Origin: the human T2T-CHM13v2.0 reference genome, Homo sapiens
Reading direction: 5' to 3' (one strand)
Assembly: GCF_009914755.1 (NCBI RefSeq)
Contig: NC_060930.1
DNA length: 64,000 nt
The notes beneath the pieces are model-generated. The model searched no databases. It saw nothing but the letters and a program-made list of their open reading frames with translations, and had not been told where the DNA came from. Position 1 is the stretch's first letter, and each line of letters starts with the position of its first letter. Shown one piece after another: positions 49,281-63,170 of this stretch. The translations under genes were made by a program, and so were the position numbers.

Positions 49281-49636
49281 CAGGATGGTGGTTCATCTGG
49301 GGGCCACCAGGGAAGTGCACATCAGGCTTCAAGGGTGCTGGCAACATTCCTTTTCTCAGGCCAGGTGGTGTGTACCTACCTGGGCTTGTTTGAATCCTTA
49401 AACCAGACATATATGGACAATATATTTGTATATAAACCTGCAACAAAGAGATGACTAAACGAAGAGATGACTAACCTTATTAAGAAATAATATGGTATTT
49501 AGAGGAGAAGAAAGAAGGAAAAGAAGACCAGAAGCTGGAGAACCTGGCAACAAATGTGATGTCAAGGCAAGAGGAAGCAGAGCCTGGTTCTGGAGCCCAG
49601 ATTCTACAGTGGGACAGATAGATGTGCATTTGAATT

Positions 49637-49911
49637 CTTTTTTGTTTGTTTGTTTTGTTTTGTTTTGATACAGAGTCCTGCTCTGTCACCCAGGCTGGAG
49701 TGCAGTGGTGCGATCTCCGCTCACTGCAAGCTCTGCCTTCCAGGTTCACGCCATTCTCCTGCCTCAGCCTCCTGAGTCGCTGGGACTACATGCGCCTGCC
49801 ACCGAGTCCGGTTAATTTTTTGTATTTTTAGTAGAGATGGAGTTTCACCGTGTTAGCTAGGATGGTCTCGATCTCCTGACCTCGTGATCCACCCACCTCA
49901 GCCTCCCAAAG
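49637..49911 (-). mobile_element. AluY, 5'-truncated
   Basis: ends at gcctcccaaag; TSD agatgtgcatttgaattct / agatattcatttgaattct. Confidence 0.9.
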
Positions 49912-50377
49912 AGATATTCATTTGAATTCTAACTTTGTCTTTTCGGAGCTGGGTAGATCTCCATAACCTCTCAGGGCATCAATTTCCTCAGTTGTGAAAG
50001 AGGAACAAAAATAGATCCATCCTGAGGTTGCCAGGTGAATTAAGTGACATAATATATGTACCACCTAGTGTGGTGCTGGCCATCTAATTCATGGCCTTCC
50101 TGTCCTTTCTTACCATGCCTTTTCCCTCCCTCCATCCCCACTCCTTCCCCCACACAGCTCTGGCTAAAATCAGCCTAACTGCTCTTCTTCCTGTTGAGTT
50201 ATTTATAAACTGGCCACCTGGGAGTGGCATGAAAAGGGCTGCTGCCCTGGGGCGTGGATGCTGGGCCTATGGTGACAGGCCTGTGTGACGGAGGGTGGTG
50301 ATTCAACAGGGTCATTCATGATGCCTCTTGTTTAGAGGGCAATGCGTGCTATGGGTCCTTTTTTCTAACACTTGCAG

Positions 50378-50495
50378 AAGATTTCAGCCCCGGCCACGAT
50401 GTTTGCTGTCAGCGGATGGAAAAGTCTTCCTCAATTGATGGTTCATACCCCATTCTTCTGAAGTGCTGGTTATGTTCAAAACTCTGCCAGAAAAG
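50378..50495 (+). pseudogene. CCDC162P: CCDC162P exon (2-0) RFQPRPRCLLSADGKVFLN*WFIPHSSEVLVMFKTLPEK with premature stop
   Basis: ctaacacttgcag acceptor (NAGNAG cagaag), AAG|gtttgt donor; TGA at 50436-50438; in-frame ATG at 50472. Confidence 0.85.
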
Positions 50496-51563
50496 GTTTG
50501 TATTTTTTTGCATGTGTGCCAGAATGGAAACTGGCTGGTTTTTGTCTCACAGTTAAACGTATCAATTCCAGAGAACATCCCTTCTTTTATTCAGACATCT
50601 AACTACTGAAATCTTTTCACAGCAGCCTTTTCTGCTTTATTATAATTTGTCTTGGGCCTCACTATGCTTTGATTTCTCTTTCTCCCTGGTCACTAATGAA
50701 CATTAGTTCAAGCCTCTGACATTTCTTATTAATCTTCAATTTCTTTCCAACCCTTCCAAAAAACCCCACTGGTGCTCTGAAGTTAATGAGAGGTTGAGAT
50801 CACACTTGTAACTTAGGGTTACTGTTTTCTGAGGGGTGCTCTGTGTAACTCACTTACTGATTAAGGGCAATGTTGGTAACAATTTTTTTAAAAAAGAAAA
50901 CACAGAAACACATAAAACATAAGTATTTGCTAAAGAAATAAAATACAATGTTGAAAATGGCATTTGGGAATATTCTGATTTTTCTTTGTAAGTGAAATCT
51001 TGTTTAGCAACCTTGGTTTCTTACCCCTACTTTCATTGAAGAAGTTTCAGACTTTTATTTTTAAAATATGGAAATACTACCTTCTGCAGTTAGATCATAA
51101 TTTTTCACTTTTCCTCCACTTGGACATTGATACATAAGATCCATGGTTTGATTTTCAGTCATGTGTTGGTTTAAACAATGTTGATAAATATCTATACCTT
51201 GCTTACAGGTATTCTCTCAAGATTGTTGTCTGAATATGAGTCCCTTCTATGAATTGATTTGTGACCCTTGTAATTCATTGACGGCCATACAAACATTTTG
51301 ATGTGTTCATGGCCTTCAGTGACTTTAAACAAAGAAACACATTGCTTTAACCCCCCACAGGGGTTCCCTTGTCCAAGGGCATGTAACCTTGGTTCATCAA
51401 TAGGTTTATTGTTCTTTTTCTGATATTATCCTGTATATACTGTGACAATGTTTATGGAAATATTCTTGTTTAAAGATATCATCCCCATTCAGTGTTCATA
51501 TATTTTTATATGCCTCTTAGAAACTTCCTAAAACGTATTTCCTTGTATTAATTTTATCCACAG

Positions 51564-51729
51564 GCAGCTTTTAAAGCCTTAAAGCGAACTCTACAACTGA
51601 TAGCTCCTCTGCATGATATCGTGGCCTACCTTGTCAGTTTTGCTAAGCTTGGCAATTGTCCAGCATGTTTTGAATTTCCTCGAAGTCCCAACCCTTTGAG
51701 AGGTGACTGGGGAGGAACTGAGGGCATTG
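51564..51729 (+). pseudogene. CCDC162P: CCDC162P exon (0-1) AAFKALKRTLQLIAPLHDIV...WGGTEGI
   Basis: ttttatccacag acceptor, G|gtgagt donor, 166 nt; matches recalled CCDC162 protein. Confidence 0.9.
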
Positions 51730-51939
51730 GTGAGTGATTAAAGGTGATTCAAATCACCTTCAATATTCACTGGAAGTTCTATGAAGCTCTTAATACTTGG
51801 AAAGACAGAACTACAATATACTCTCATAAATGACAGCAATCAGAAGGGCAAAGGAAAAGTCCAAACTGTCTTATAGACTGTCTCCACACTGCACAGCTAT
51901 CTGTTTGATTCCACATTCACGGGCTATACCCCAAAGTGC

Positions 51940-52130
51940 ACCAAGTTGGGAGTCTGGAGGCCTGGTTCTTACTCTGCCTCTGCCACTTGGTTACTGAAAG
52001 CTGGGTACTTTACTCTCTGGGTCTCTGCTTGTCCATCTATAAAATGGGGTGATAGTATCTGTCTCATAAAAATGTTCTGTGGATTGAAATTTATGTAAAA
52101 ATTCTAGGATATATAAGCCCCCATTAAATA
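51940..52130. mobile_element. MIR fragment
   Basis: ctctgggtctctgcttgtccatctataaaatggggtgatagtatct. Confidence 0.6.
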
Positions 52131-55100
52131 TTAGTTTTCTTTCGTTCCCGTTTCCTTCCTGGCCTTCATAAACTCACATGGCAAGGTCAGAGCCAATCAC
52201 TCCCTATTAAGAAGCTTGTAAACAGCCCTTGGTTAGCTATCAATGACCTAAAAGTCTTTGTGGTAAGAATGATTGAGGCTGTAGTTTTATACGCCCAGTG
52301 CTCATCAGCACAGGTTATATTATAAGATAAACACATGAGGTGAATTAAAGACACTAAAATGTTTACTAAGCTACATTTATCAGAATCAGGGAAAGTAATC
52401 TTGCCTTAATAATGTGACTACCATCCAAATAATGTCACTGGTCATGTAAATATAAATTAATAGCAAAATACTATAGTAGCCAGGGATTTTAAAGAAGAAG
52501 AGCCTACGAAATGAGGCAATATGCCTATTTAAACCTAATTGCTCTTAAAACAAATGTCAGAGAATCTGAGGATATTCCCCTGTGGCTGGTTGGTGCATAA
52601 AGGAAATACATTTGTGGGAGACCTTGGAGCTGGTGGCAGGTATATTTGCATTGTGCTAAGGAACACTGAAGGGCTCTGTAAACATTTAGATGTAGACATA
52701 GGGAAGGGCATGAGTGCTGATCTGGGAGGAGGATAATGCCTGTGTCTAGGAGTGGCAGGATGAAGGGAGAATGGTAGTGGTGCCGCCTCAGCAGAAGGCA
52801 CAGAATTGTTGCAGGCTAATGAGCTCTCAGAGTGACTCACAAGTCTTCAACATAAGCATCCGATTAAAGAAGCTCCAAAGCACTCTTAGGTCCTTTCCTT
52901 TTACTAGTTTGGGGACTGTTGTAAATGGGGCTTACTCAGAAAATAAGCTAAGACACTCTTCGGAGAGCTGTTGGATGTCAGGAGGGTGTGGGGGCTGAGC
53001 TTTAGCTAACGCACAGGAAGAAGGAGTGTGGCCAAGAGAAATGTCCTGCCTGCCGTTGAGATGGGGAGGCAGGTGTTACATGGAGATGAGATAGAACCGA
53101 GAGAGCCAGAGCCATGTTTCCTGGTGAAGTCACTACTTAGGAAGTCCTACAGCAGCTGGGAGTAAAGGGCGCCCCCAGGCAAAATCTGCAGGGAGGTGAT
53201 CTGGGGTGCTTCCCAGACTGGACAGGAGTGGACTTGGATCAGTGTAGAAAATAGGAGGGACAGTCCTAGCAACATAAGAAAAGGACACTGGCGAAAGCAG
53301 CAGGCAGAACTGCACGTGGCCAGTCCAGAGTAGTGAACCTACCTGTGAACGAACCATGAGTATGGCTCTGAGGAACAATGGGAAATGAGGCCAAGTTGAG
53401 GACCTAGAATTCAGGAAGAAGGGAATTGTTTTCTTGCCATTTCTGCATTGTGAACCCAGAAACCATTGAGATATGTGGGGCCCAGGCTTTCTGAAGCATG
53501 CAGAGAGGCCCACATTGTCATGTTACACATTTGTGCTCCAGGGAAAATGTACAGTTTTGCATGCTCTGCTTTGCTCAAAATAAAGAGCAAACTTAAAAAA
53601 ATATATATCCCCTCCAAGATAATCTTTTTAAAAAGACTAGGCTGCTTAGTTCCTGGCCTGTTTCCCAGAGGAGGCAAGAAGAACTAAGGGAAAAGATGAA
53701 ATGAGAGTCTGTTTCTTTAAGCCATCTCAGAACAATTTAGAGTTCGTTCTAAATTGTTAGTTCTAATTTTTAGTTAGTTCAAATTACTTTTGTGGATTTG
53801 TATGCTTTAAAGTATTTTTAAAACAAATCTTGAGGGAAACTCAAGATTTCAGCTTTTGGTCCTCCCCTTGACTGACGAAAACAGCTCTTAGACACTGTGG
53901 ACCAGCTCTGTGGATACAGCCAATTCTCTCCTTCCCTGAAAGCCAGTAACTCCCTTTGAAGTCCACGTGAAGCAGAGGATGTAATCAGAATGTGGACGTT
54001 TACACTGTGACTTCCTTTGCAAAGGATAAGGAGGCCAATTAAAGCCCAAATACTTCACACTGAACTTAGGGTTTCAGGAACTCTCTAGACAAACGAGGAA
54101 TGAAGTGTACGAGCTCTGAGTCTTCATGCAGAGACAGGGCCACTGTGACTCCTCTCTCTCTCCCTCTCTCTCTGGCTGCCTGGCTGTCTGTCTTCTCTGA
54201 CTTCCCAAACAGGACCCTCTTGGGAAAGACATGAGCAAAGGCTCCTTTCCCAATGTTTCCTGGCACAGGGTTCACCCTAGCCTCACCACCATCGCTGCCT
54301 GCAACAACCCTCTGCCCTGTCCCCACCGCCAGGCTGCTTGTCCTGCCACCTCCCCTCCCACCAAGCCTCTTGACTCCACAAAGGAAGGAAAGTCAGAATG
54401 AGGATTTAAAGATCAGTAAAATAACAAAGGAAAGGCAGTCCTGCCTCCACATCTGTATTTTAATGATAATACTACATATCAACATACAACAATTTTGCTG
54501 GGAAGCGATCACCTGCCAGTAGTATATAAATGATGGAAATGACAGAAAAAAAAATCACCTGTAAGCCAGCCACTCTAACAAGTGAAATAATTTTATTTAT
54601 CTTTACTCCCTTCTAGCCCATGCCCAAATATATTCCATATTTACATTTTACCCAGCTTTAACCATAAGGTATGTGTAATTTTATATTCTCCTTTTTTCAT
54701 TGTCGTTGCAGAGGATTAGAAAAATTTCCCCTGGTTACTGCATAGCCTGATAGAGTATATTACTTTTAGACCGAACACACTAGGCCTTGAACAAATGAGG
54801 CTCCCTGACCACCTCTCCTCCTTCCCACCACCACAAAAGTTCTTGCACAATTCACTCTAATATGACTCTTTTTCTGGTGAACTCTTCAGTCCAATAGAAC
54901 TATCAGATTTAGAGGAGTCATAAAAGAGTTTGCTGATTGGACTCTATTATTTGGGGCTGGAAACAAAAATAAAACACATTTTTTATTGTATAAAACAGCA
55001 AATGGATATGAAATCTGATCTGCTCATCTGTTCTTAAAGCCAAGAGCACATGTTATACATGTTAGCAACCGTTCTCAGCCCTGGATCTGCCTGATCAGGC

Positions 55101-55707
55101 TCTCATGGACAGCTTCCCCCTCCCACAACTCTCTGCTTTCTGCTTTCTTAGTCGGTAGATGCTGGAGCCCAGTACTTGGCTAGGGAGGAAAGAAGGCTGC
55201 TTGCATGTGGACCAGCTGTCAAGATAGAGCATCTCCAGAAATGCCCTGTGGGCTTCCTGTCTCACTCCTGCCTTGGACTGCACGTCGAGGCATTGTGATC
55301 AGTTTTCACAATCCTAATAACAGGGATGTCCTCTCAGGGTAGAAAACGATCACTATGTTCACAGGGATATTTCAGACCAGCTGACATTCTGGTAGCCCTG
55401 TAAGTGTGAGCCCAGCCATGTTCCCCAAGGGCTCATCACTTTCCACTGTGCTATCCTGTTCTGACTAGCTCCTTCTCTATGCCAGTAACTAGGATATACA
55501 TACTTAGATGCTAGGATGGTCATCCAGACTCAGGCTGGGTTCCACATCCCAGCACTGAGTGACCCACAGGCCCCTAAGTTAGATTTTTACCCAAAATGAA
55601 TACAAATCTATGTATATGTAGCCTACTCTTGCAGTAAGGGTCTAAGAAATAAGGCAAATATGGATCCCTCACATTTACTCCTAAAATGACTAGAATCTCC
55701 TAGAGGG

Positions 55708-55785
55708 ATATGTATGCATATGTATATGCATGTGTATGTATACATATGTGTGCATATCTTTATATATACACATATGCACATGTGT
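55708..55785. repeat. (TA/TG/CA)n degenerate microsatellite
   Basis: directly visible. Confidence 0.8.
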
Positions 55786-56267
55786 TTTTTACTTGCTTTG
55801 GATGGTCTTGAGTCTTCTTTAATCCATGAGCCAGTGACAGGGAGTGCTGATTTGGATATAGCATGGCAATGAGAGATGAGTGCTGATTCATAATCTTTGA
55901 TGGTTTCAAGTGCCTAACAGATATACTAAGGACTAGACTTTCCTATTCCTGTCACTTCTCCTTTTTGTTCTATTTCAAGACCATGGCCTTATAAATTTTA
56001 AAACTTTCTTTCCATGGCCTGCTCTTATTGTACTGAAAAGCCAAGCAAATTTTTATCTTCCTGAGGAAGGAAGGAGACATAAATCAGACCTTTGATTCTA
56101 CAGCATAAGGCTTTGCTGGTCTTGCAAAACATATAATTAGTATACCCACAAACAAAACAAGGGAAGTCTGATTAGGTGACAAGTATGGGACAAAATGTTG
56201 GTTTACTGGTTTAGCTATAGTAGCCTATATTTCACACTGTCAGACTAAAATGTTGTCCATCTTCTAG

Positions 56268-56406
56268 GGTCTGAGCTTCAAGAGCTGCAGAACATGATTG
56301 ACAGCCTCCAGAGCCCCCAAGACCCTATCCGGGTGGCCCAGGCACTCCTCCTCCGGAGGGAGGTTATATTTTTGCAGTTTGACGCTGCAGTAAGGCATCT
56401 CATCCG
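56268..56406 (+). pseudogene. CCDC162P: CCDC162P exon (1-2) SELQELQNMIDSLQSPQDP...AVRHLI
   Basis: catcttctag acceptor, CG|gtaagg donor, 139 nt. Confidence 0.9.
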
Positions 56407-58529
56407 GTAAGGGCTGGAGCACTAATCCTGTTCTAGTAAATTCTGCAGCGGAGGTGTTTGCTGAGTGACCATATAGGGAGGCCACTCTTGGCAAGGTTAG
56501 ATAATGAGCTTAAAATAGTCATGGGCACAAGCAGATCCAGAACGCCATGGCTACCAAACATGACCTGCCGCAAAGCCTGTCTGTGAGAATATGTTCTTGT
56601 TGGCTAATAACACTCTTGATTTTAGCAAATGTAATTTCAGAACAGTTCATATAATGATTGCTGCTTTCAGTGTACAGGGGGTTCTACTGGGAATAACATT
56701 TTTGTACTTCTAAAGATGATTAGGTTTTTTTTTTTCAACATTTGTTTACCTTTCAAAGAGACAGAATTTTTACTGCCCCTCTCAAGCTAATGGAATTGGC
56801 TACCAGCGTTAAATTTATAAATAAATCCATCTACCTCTAGCCTTGTAGGTACTATTGTGTTAAGTACTCCACATACAAAAGGAATGTTTCAATTGGTTAA
56901 TTAATCATGATGCTGATGGGAAAATTAGCTTGGATTAAGTTTCATAATGTTTCCAGTATAAATAAGTTTTGTATGAGAGGGAAGGAGGGTTAGCCCTAAA
57001 GGTCTCTGCTTATTTTTTAATTGTCAAAATTAACTTTTTTGGGTTAGCTCCCGGTGTGAGTATTTAGCCACTGAGAGGGCCTCAGAGGGCTGTCTGTGCT
57101 CTTACCTGTAGGTTGCAGCTGCTTTCCACTGCACTTGTGGGCATCCATGGAGAATGACAAGGTGGGGGTTGCACTGAACTGTCTTGTTCTTTTTCTACTC
57201 TCAATCTTCTTTACTCTGACATCAGAGGACTCTTGGATTTAGAATGTAAATTCAGCAGGACAAAAATCAGGCTAATTTGTTGTCTTTATATTGACAAATA
57301 GCTTCCTGAGCTGTAGCTTAGTCAAGCAGGTAAGATGTAAAGCCTCAGACAATTATCAGGATGGCCATTTGTTAGTCCTCTGGGCTCTGAAAGCCCAAGG
57401 TCAGAATTTGCAAGGATTTTACATACTGGTGAAGAAAAGTCCTTTTTGGATTTTAGCTATGAAGGATTCTGTTTGGTACTGCTCTCCCAGGGGAACCACT
57501 CTGCTTCCAGGAAATCCCCTGGAATTGCTTTGCCAGGGCTTTCTTTGTCCTCACACTCGGTCTACAGAAATGGAGGGCATTGTGTCCTATTTCTGGTTTT
57601 ATGTACTTTTCTGTGACCCTCTGGAGAGAATCACCCAGATGGTTCACCCCACTGTGTCCTCCACTGGTTACATTTCCCCAGCCTTTTTTCTTCAGAGCTG
57701 TTCAGATTGTGTGTGTTTGGAATTATACAGCTAGTAAGTGGCAGACTAGAATTAGAACCTAGGTGTGTTTGACTCCAAAACCCGAGATCTATGATGGAGA
57801 CCAAGCAGCAGCATGGACAGAGAAGAGGATGCTGAAGAAAAGGCAAGAGGCAGGAGAAAAAGAGAAGCTAAAAGATAAATGTCATCCCTCTTGATTGTTT
57901 TACTTAGTGCTGAACCTGTAAACAAGGGAAGTCCTCAGAGAATGGAAAGAGATAGGAAGCTTGGGACAGTTCCCTGACCCTTCCTGGAGCTCACCAAGAC
58001 TGAGCAAACCTGACTGTTTACCCCAGGAATTTTCTGCCCATGTAAGCTGAAGGCTTCTCCAGAATTTGCAAAGGAAAAACTGAACTCTTACCTGGAATAA
58101 GGGCGGCATGCTTCACAGATGAGGGTGGGGTATAGGGGGAGGAAGGATGTTGCTCAGGGGTGACAGGACAGTAGCCCTGTAAAGTCGCTGAAAATTTGGC
58201 TCCTGCTTCTCTGTGGCATAGATCATCTTGGGTACTGGCTATGTGCATGTTTCTAGGCACAAAACATTTCACTCTGCCCGTCTCAACCCCCCTCTACTAG
58301 CCAAAGGGCTGATGGAAATTGATAGCTGTCATCCGAAGGGTTGGATCACACTGACCAGGGCCCAGCATTCATCTCTGGACATGTCCACCAACCTGCAGGA
58401 GTTATTGATTAGCCAATTCAAGAAATGCCCGAGGATTGAGTTATCTTTAGTGCCAGGTGAATTAGTCATTTGCATTGAAGGTAAATGCTTGGGTGACAAA
58501 GCAGTTCTATCCAATCTCATCTATTTAAG

Positions 58530-59160
58530 TAAGGAGTTGGCAAACTACTGCTGGAGGTCTCTGCCGATTTTTGTATGGTCTGTGGGCTAAGGATGGCCTT
58601 CCCATCTTTAAATGGTTGAAAAAAATGTGTAAAAGAATAGTATTTTGTGACCCATGAAAATGCTATGGAGTTCATATTTTCATGTCCGTAAATGAAACAT
58701 TGTTGGAACACAGTCATGCCCATTCACTTACGGATTGTCACCGCTTTCACACTACAACCACGGAGCTGAATAGTTGCCACAGAGTCCGTAGGGTCTGCAA
58801 AGATGAAAATATTTACCATCTGGTCCTTTAAGAAAAAGTTTAGGCTGGGCGCGGTGGCTCAAGCCTGTAATCCCAGCACTTTGGGAGGCCGAGGTGGGTG
58901 GATCACAAGGTCAGGAGATCAAGACCATCCTGGCTAACACAGTGAAACCCCGTCTCTACTAAAAATACAAAAAAAAAAAAAAAAAAATTAGCCGGGCATG
59001 GTGACGGGCACCTGTAGTCCCAGCTACTCGGGAGGCTGAGGCAGGAGAATGGTGTGAACCCGGGAGGCGGGTGAGCTGAGATCTCGCCACTGCACTCCAG
59101 CCTGGGCTAAAGAGCGAAACTCCATCTCAAAAAAAAAAAAGTTTAGTTTTTTATCCCCTG
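58530..59160. mobile_element. MER58B-like hAT element with an AluY (58843-59140, +) inserted near its end
   Basis: aggagttggcaaacta start, atcccctg end; Alu TSD aaaaagtttag. Confidence 0.78.
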
Positions 59161-59339
59161 ATTTAAAGAATACAATTCGTTTGCACTTTAGGGGTAGAAG
59201 GAAAGAAAGAAGTCCCTCAAAGTTACTCTATAGCACGGTATAAAATATATAGCATGAAACATGCCTTTAGTCTGAATGTATTGTTGATGTTCAGGGTGAT
59301 TAGGGTAAAAAGGAGAAAGCTGAAGAGATATCCTGATAA

Positions 59340-59985
<646 letters not shown>

Positions 59986-60361
59986 GTGTGCTTTGGGTTG
60001 TCTGGGGATTCCTGGGAGACACAAAGGAGCCTGGGCCCTCACATGAGCAGTGCTGAACTCATGGCCACGGCCCTCGTTTTTGGTATCTGATAAGCAAAGA
60101 GCTTTTGCCTGTCCTCCTCCGGGCCACTTTCCAGGTTTCATTATGTTGTTACCTGGAGGAAAACTCTAGCATGTGCCCTGTGAGTTCCCTGAGGTTCAAA
60201 ATAGCTTTTACTGATGGCAAGAAGATTAAACTTTCCAATGCCACATCACTGACTCACACTTGGAGTTTAAAAGTGATCCGTTTGCGATTTAAAATCAGTT
60301 AATTCAAGATTCTCCCTCTTCCCCTTTGTTTTAATCACCTCCTCTTCACTTGCTGGAGAGG

Positions 60362-60815
60362 GAAGGGTTCTGCCTTAGGGTCATGGGGATGGCTGAACAC
60401 ACAACACCTGACCCTGGACAGATGGGGTGAATGGTAATTTATTAGTCACAGACACAATCCAGAGGAAGAGGACACTGCCCCCCTACACAGGGCCACTTGG
60501 GAACAGAGTGAACAAGCAAGGGCTGTGGGAGGCAGGTTTTGTAATATCAGGAGAGTGTGATGTTCTGTGCTTCACACAGGAAGGGGTGATTGATTTGAAT
60601 AATGCTGTGGTCTGGCAGGGAACTGAAACTACTACTCAGGGATAAGCAGGAATTGCACCTGGTTCCTTTGATAAGGAAGGTCGTTAAACCTGGAGACCTT
60701 ATCTGTGGGAGCGGAGTGGGGAGTGGGGAACTTTGTGGCTAAGCTATTTGAGGCCTCCCGATTTTGCCAGAAGTCAAGGCAGCACAAATTTTGGACCTTA
60801 AGTTTAGGGCTCACA
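60362..60815. mobile_element. ERVL-class LTR remnant, subfamily uncertain
   Basis: LTR-like motif ctggacagatg...tttattagtcaca...gggaacagagtgaacaa. Confidence 0.45.
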
Positions 60816-61439
60816 TGACACTCTTCTTGTTCTTCCATCCTCTCAGAGGTGATCTAAGTTTGTGGCAGTGCTTTCAAATCTTCCTGGCAGTTGGGAAGAC
60901 ACAGCCACTTCCCTTATCTCTGCTGTGGGTGAGCTGGCCTCTTCTGGTTAGCCTGCTGTTCAGCACCCCTCTGGGTACCCACATGTGGAGGTCTTTCTCC
61001 CCACTTTGAGGGGCTGCCAGTCTTCCTGGGAGGCCACCTCACAGAGAATCCAAGCAAAAGGTACCTTCTGCTCTGGGATACCCTCCTCCAACTTATCCAG
61101 CATCTTTCCTTAGGCATCCACTAGAACTAAGCTCTAGAAATAGTCTTTCCTTGTTTAACTGTTATTTCCTTTTAGGCAAGAAAAATCATTCTAATCTATC
61201 ATACATACTTCCTTCTCTCTGACTTATGGTATAAATTTCATGCTCCAGTCTTCAGGGTTTGTGGTTCTTGATATACAAAGCCATGTTTTGTTTAAAACCA
61301 AACAAGAACTTTTCTCCTCCAAACCCCAAGGAGGCTTAAAATTTAAAATTTAGTTTTTATAAAGAACTATTGTCTCAGCTGTTGGTCTTAAAATAATTCA
61401 TTCAATAAACAATTGATAGCTTTTTTCTAGAGCTACAGC

Positions 61440-61795
61440 TTCACTATTCAGTTCAGTAGCCACATGTGGCTATTTAATTTACTTTAATTAAAATTATTAT
61501 TAATTTAAATGAAAGAAAATTAAAAATTCAAGCTGGTCTGAGTGCAGTCGTGTTTACAACTAATTGATCACAACCAGTTACAGATTGCTTTATTCTTTCT
61601 CCACTCACACTGCTTCACTTGACTAGCCCTTAAAAAAAAGAAAAAGAAGAAAAAGAAAATTAAAAATTCATTCCCTCAGTCACAGTAGTCACATTTCAAG
61701 TGTACAACTGCCACACGTGGCCAGAGGCTACTCTACTGGACAGTGCAAATATAGGACATTTCCACCATTGCAGACTCTTCTGGCAGACATTGCTA
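61440..61795. mobile_element. MER3/MER33-type hAT-Charlie element split by a Y RNA copy
   Basis: tagccacatgtggctattt...cacatttcaagtg...ggacagtgcaaatatag...cattgcag. Confidence 0.7.
61531..61651 (+). ncRNA. Y3 RNA (RNY3) retropseudogene with poly(A)
   Basis: gctggtctgagtgcagtcgtgtttacaactaattgatcacaaccagttacagatt...gactagcc; 19-bp TSD aaagaaaattaaaaattca (61512-61530, 61652-61670). Confidence 0.93.
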
Positions 61796-61995
61796 GTCGA
61801 GAGTATGCCAACCCTCCCCGTGAGGGCTACGAACTGTGAAAGTCGAGGGCAAGGGGCATGGGGGTTGATGTGGCTGAAGAAGGAACCTGTTAATATATCA
61901 AAATGTTTTCTTGCTTCTCTAACTTTGAGGAAAGTTTTGAACTTTAGAAGTGTAAGTAACTGCTTTTAATGAAATGCCCCCCCATGTTTTGGTAG

Positions 61996-62149
61996 AAGAA
62001 CATTTTTGGCAGCTGGAAATGTTCCTGCCTACCAGTCTGTCACAGACGGCATGTGCCATGGGCTACCAGCACTGAGCAACTCTCTCAGGAAGAGCATTTT
62101 TGCCTCACAGCTCAGCCTGCCCCAGCCACTGGATCCACGGAGCCTCCAG
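61996..62149 (+). pseudogene. CCDC162P: CCDC162P exon (2-0) RTFLAAGNVPAYQSVTDG...LDPRSLQ
   Basis: ttttggtag acceptor (NAGNAG tagaag), CAG|gtgtgt donor, 154 nt. Confidence 0.88.
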
Positions 62150-62646
62150 GTGTGTTTCAGATGTATTTTTATACTGTAAATGGTGTGCAGTGTGTAGGGA
62201 ATCTAGTCAGTTTGTTTCCATTTAGTTTAGATTCTGCAGGGGCTTTCAAGACTTTAATGCCCTCTGTCTTCACTGGCTCTGCTTCACTTGCACAGTGGAA
62301 GAGTCTGGGCCCCAGGGCCGGCTGTGATTCCCAGTCAGGGTCTTTGTCTCCAAACACTCAACAGGCTGATCGTGGCAACAGCTTGTCTGTTCACAGTTGA
62401 TAGCAAAACAAACAATCTTCTCCACTTAATAAATCGTCATGATAGCAATTGCAATACATAAATGACGTCAGTAGCTGGGTTTTCAATAGCCCTGGTTATA
62501 ACACCTGTTATTGAAGGTAATCCTGGCAACTATTGTTGCTCCTAGGCAGGAACAATATTACCCACCTTCTACAACCAAAGAGTTCAAGATTCAGGAAGGC
62601 CAGAGATCAGACTATTCCAGAATCATGGCAGCACCAGGTTGCAAGC

Positions 62647-63170
62647 TGTATTAGTTACTTATTGCTGCACAATGATTTACCCTAAAGTTTGGCAGATTAA
62701 AACAATAGACATTCATTATCTAACATAGTTTCTGAGGATCAGGAATCTGGGAGCAGCTCAGGTGGGTAGTTCTGGCTCAGGGTCTCTCATGAGTCAAGAT
62801 GTTGGCCAGGGCTGTAATCATCTCAAGGCTCAACTGGAGGACAACCTGCCTCCAAGCTCACTCCTATGGCTGCTGGTGGGCACCAGAAGATCCACTTCCA
62901 GGCTTATTCACATGGGCTTCTGCACAGAGCTTCTTTGCAACACAGCCGATGGCTTCCCCCAACACAAACAGTCCAAGAGAGAACCCAAGATGGAAGTCGC
63001 AGTGTTTTTATTACCAGATTTCAGACTCTCCATCACTTCTGTCATATTCTTTTCACTGGAAGTGAGTCACTAAGTCCAGAACACATTCAAGGGGAGGGGA
63101 AGTAAGCTCCACCTCTTTACAGGAGGAGTGTCAAAGAACTAGTGGATATCTCTTTCAAACTACCTCACAA
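62647..63170 (-). mobile_element. MLT1F/G-type MaLR LTR
   Basis: tgtattagttacttattgctgc...aggaatctgggagcagctca...ggctcagggtctctcatgag...aaactacctcaca. Confidence 0.72.

Noticed and set aside
50436-50441. TGA as selenocysteine or programmed readthrough
   Set aside because: Context is TGA-TGG, not TGA-CTAG; there is no SECIS evidence; a simple Leu-to-stop change and a second lesion upstream explain it.
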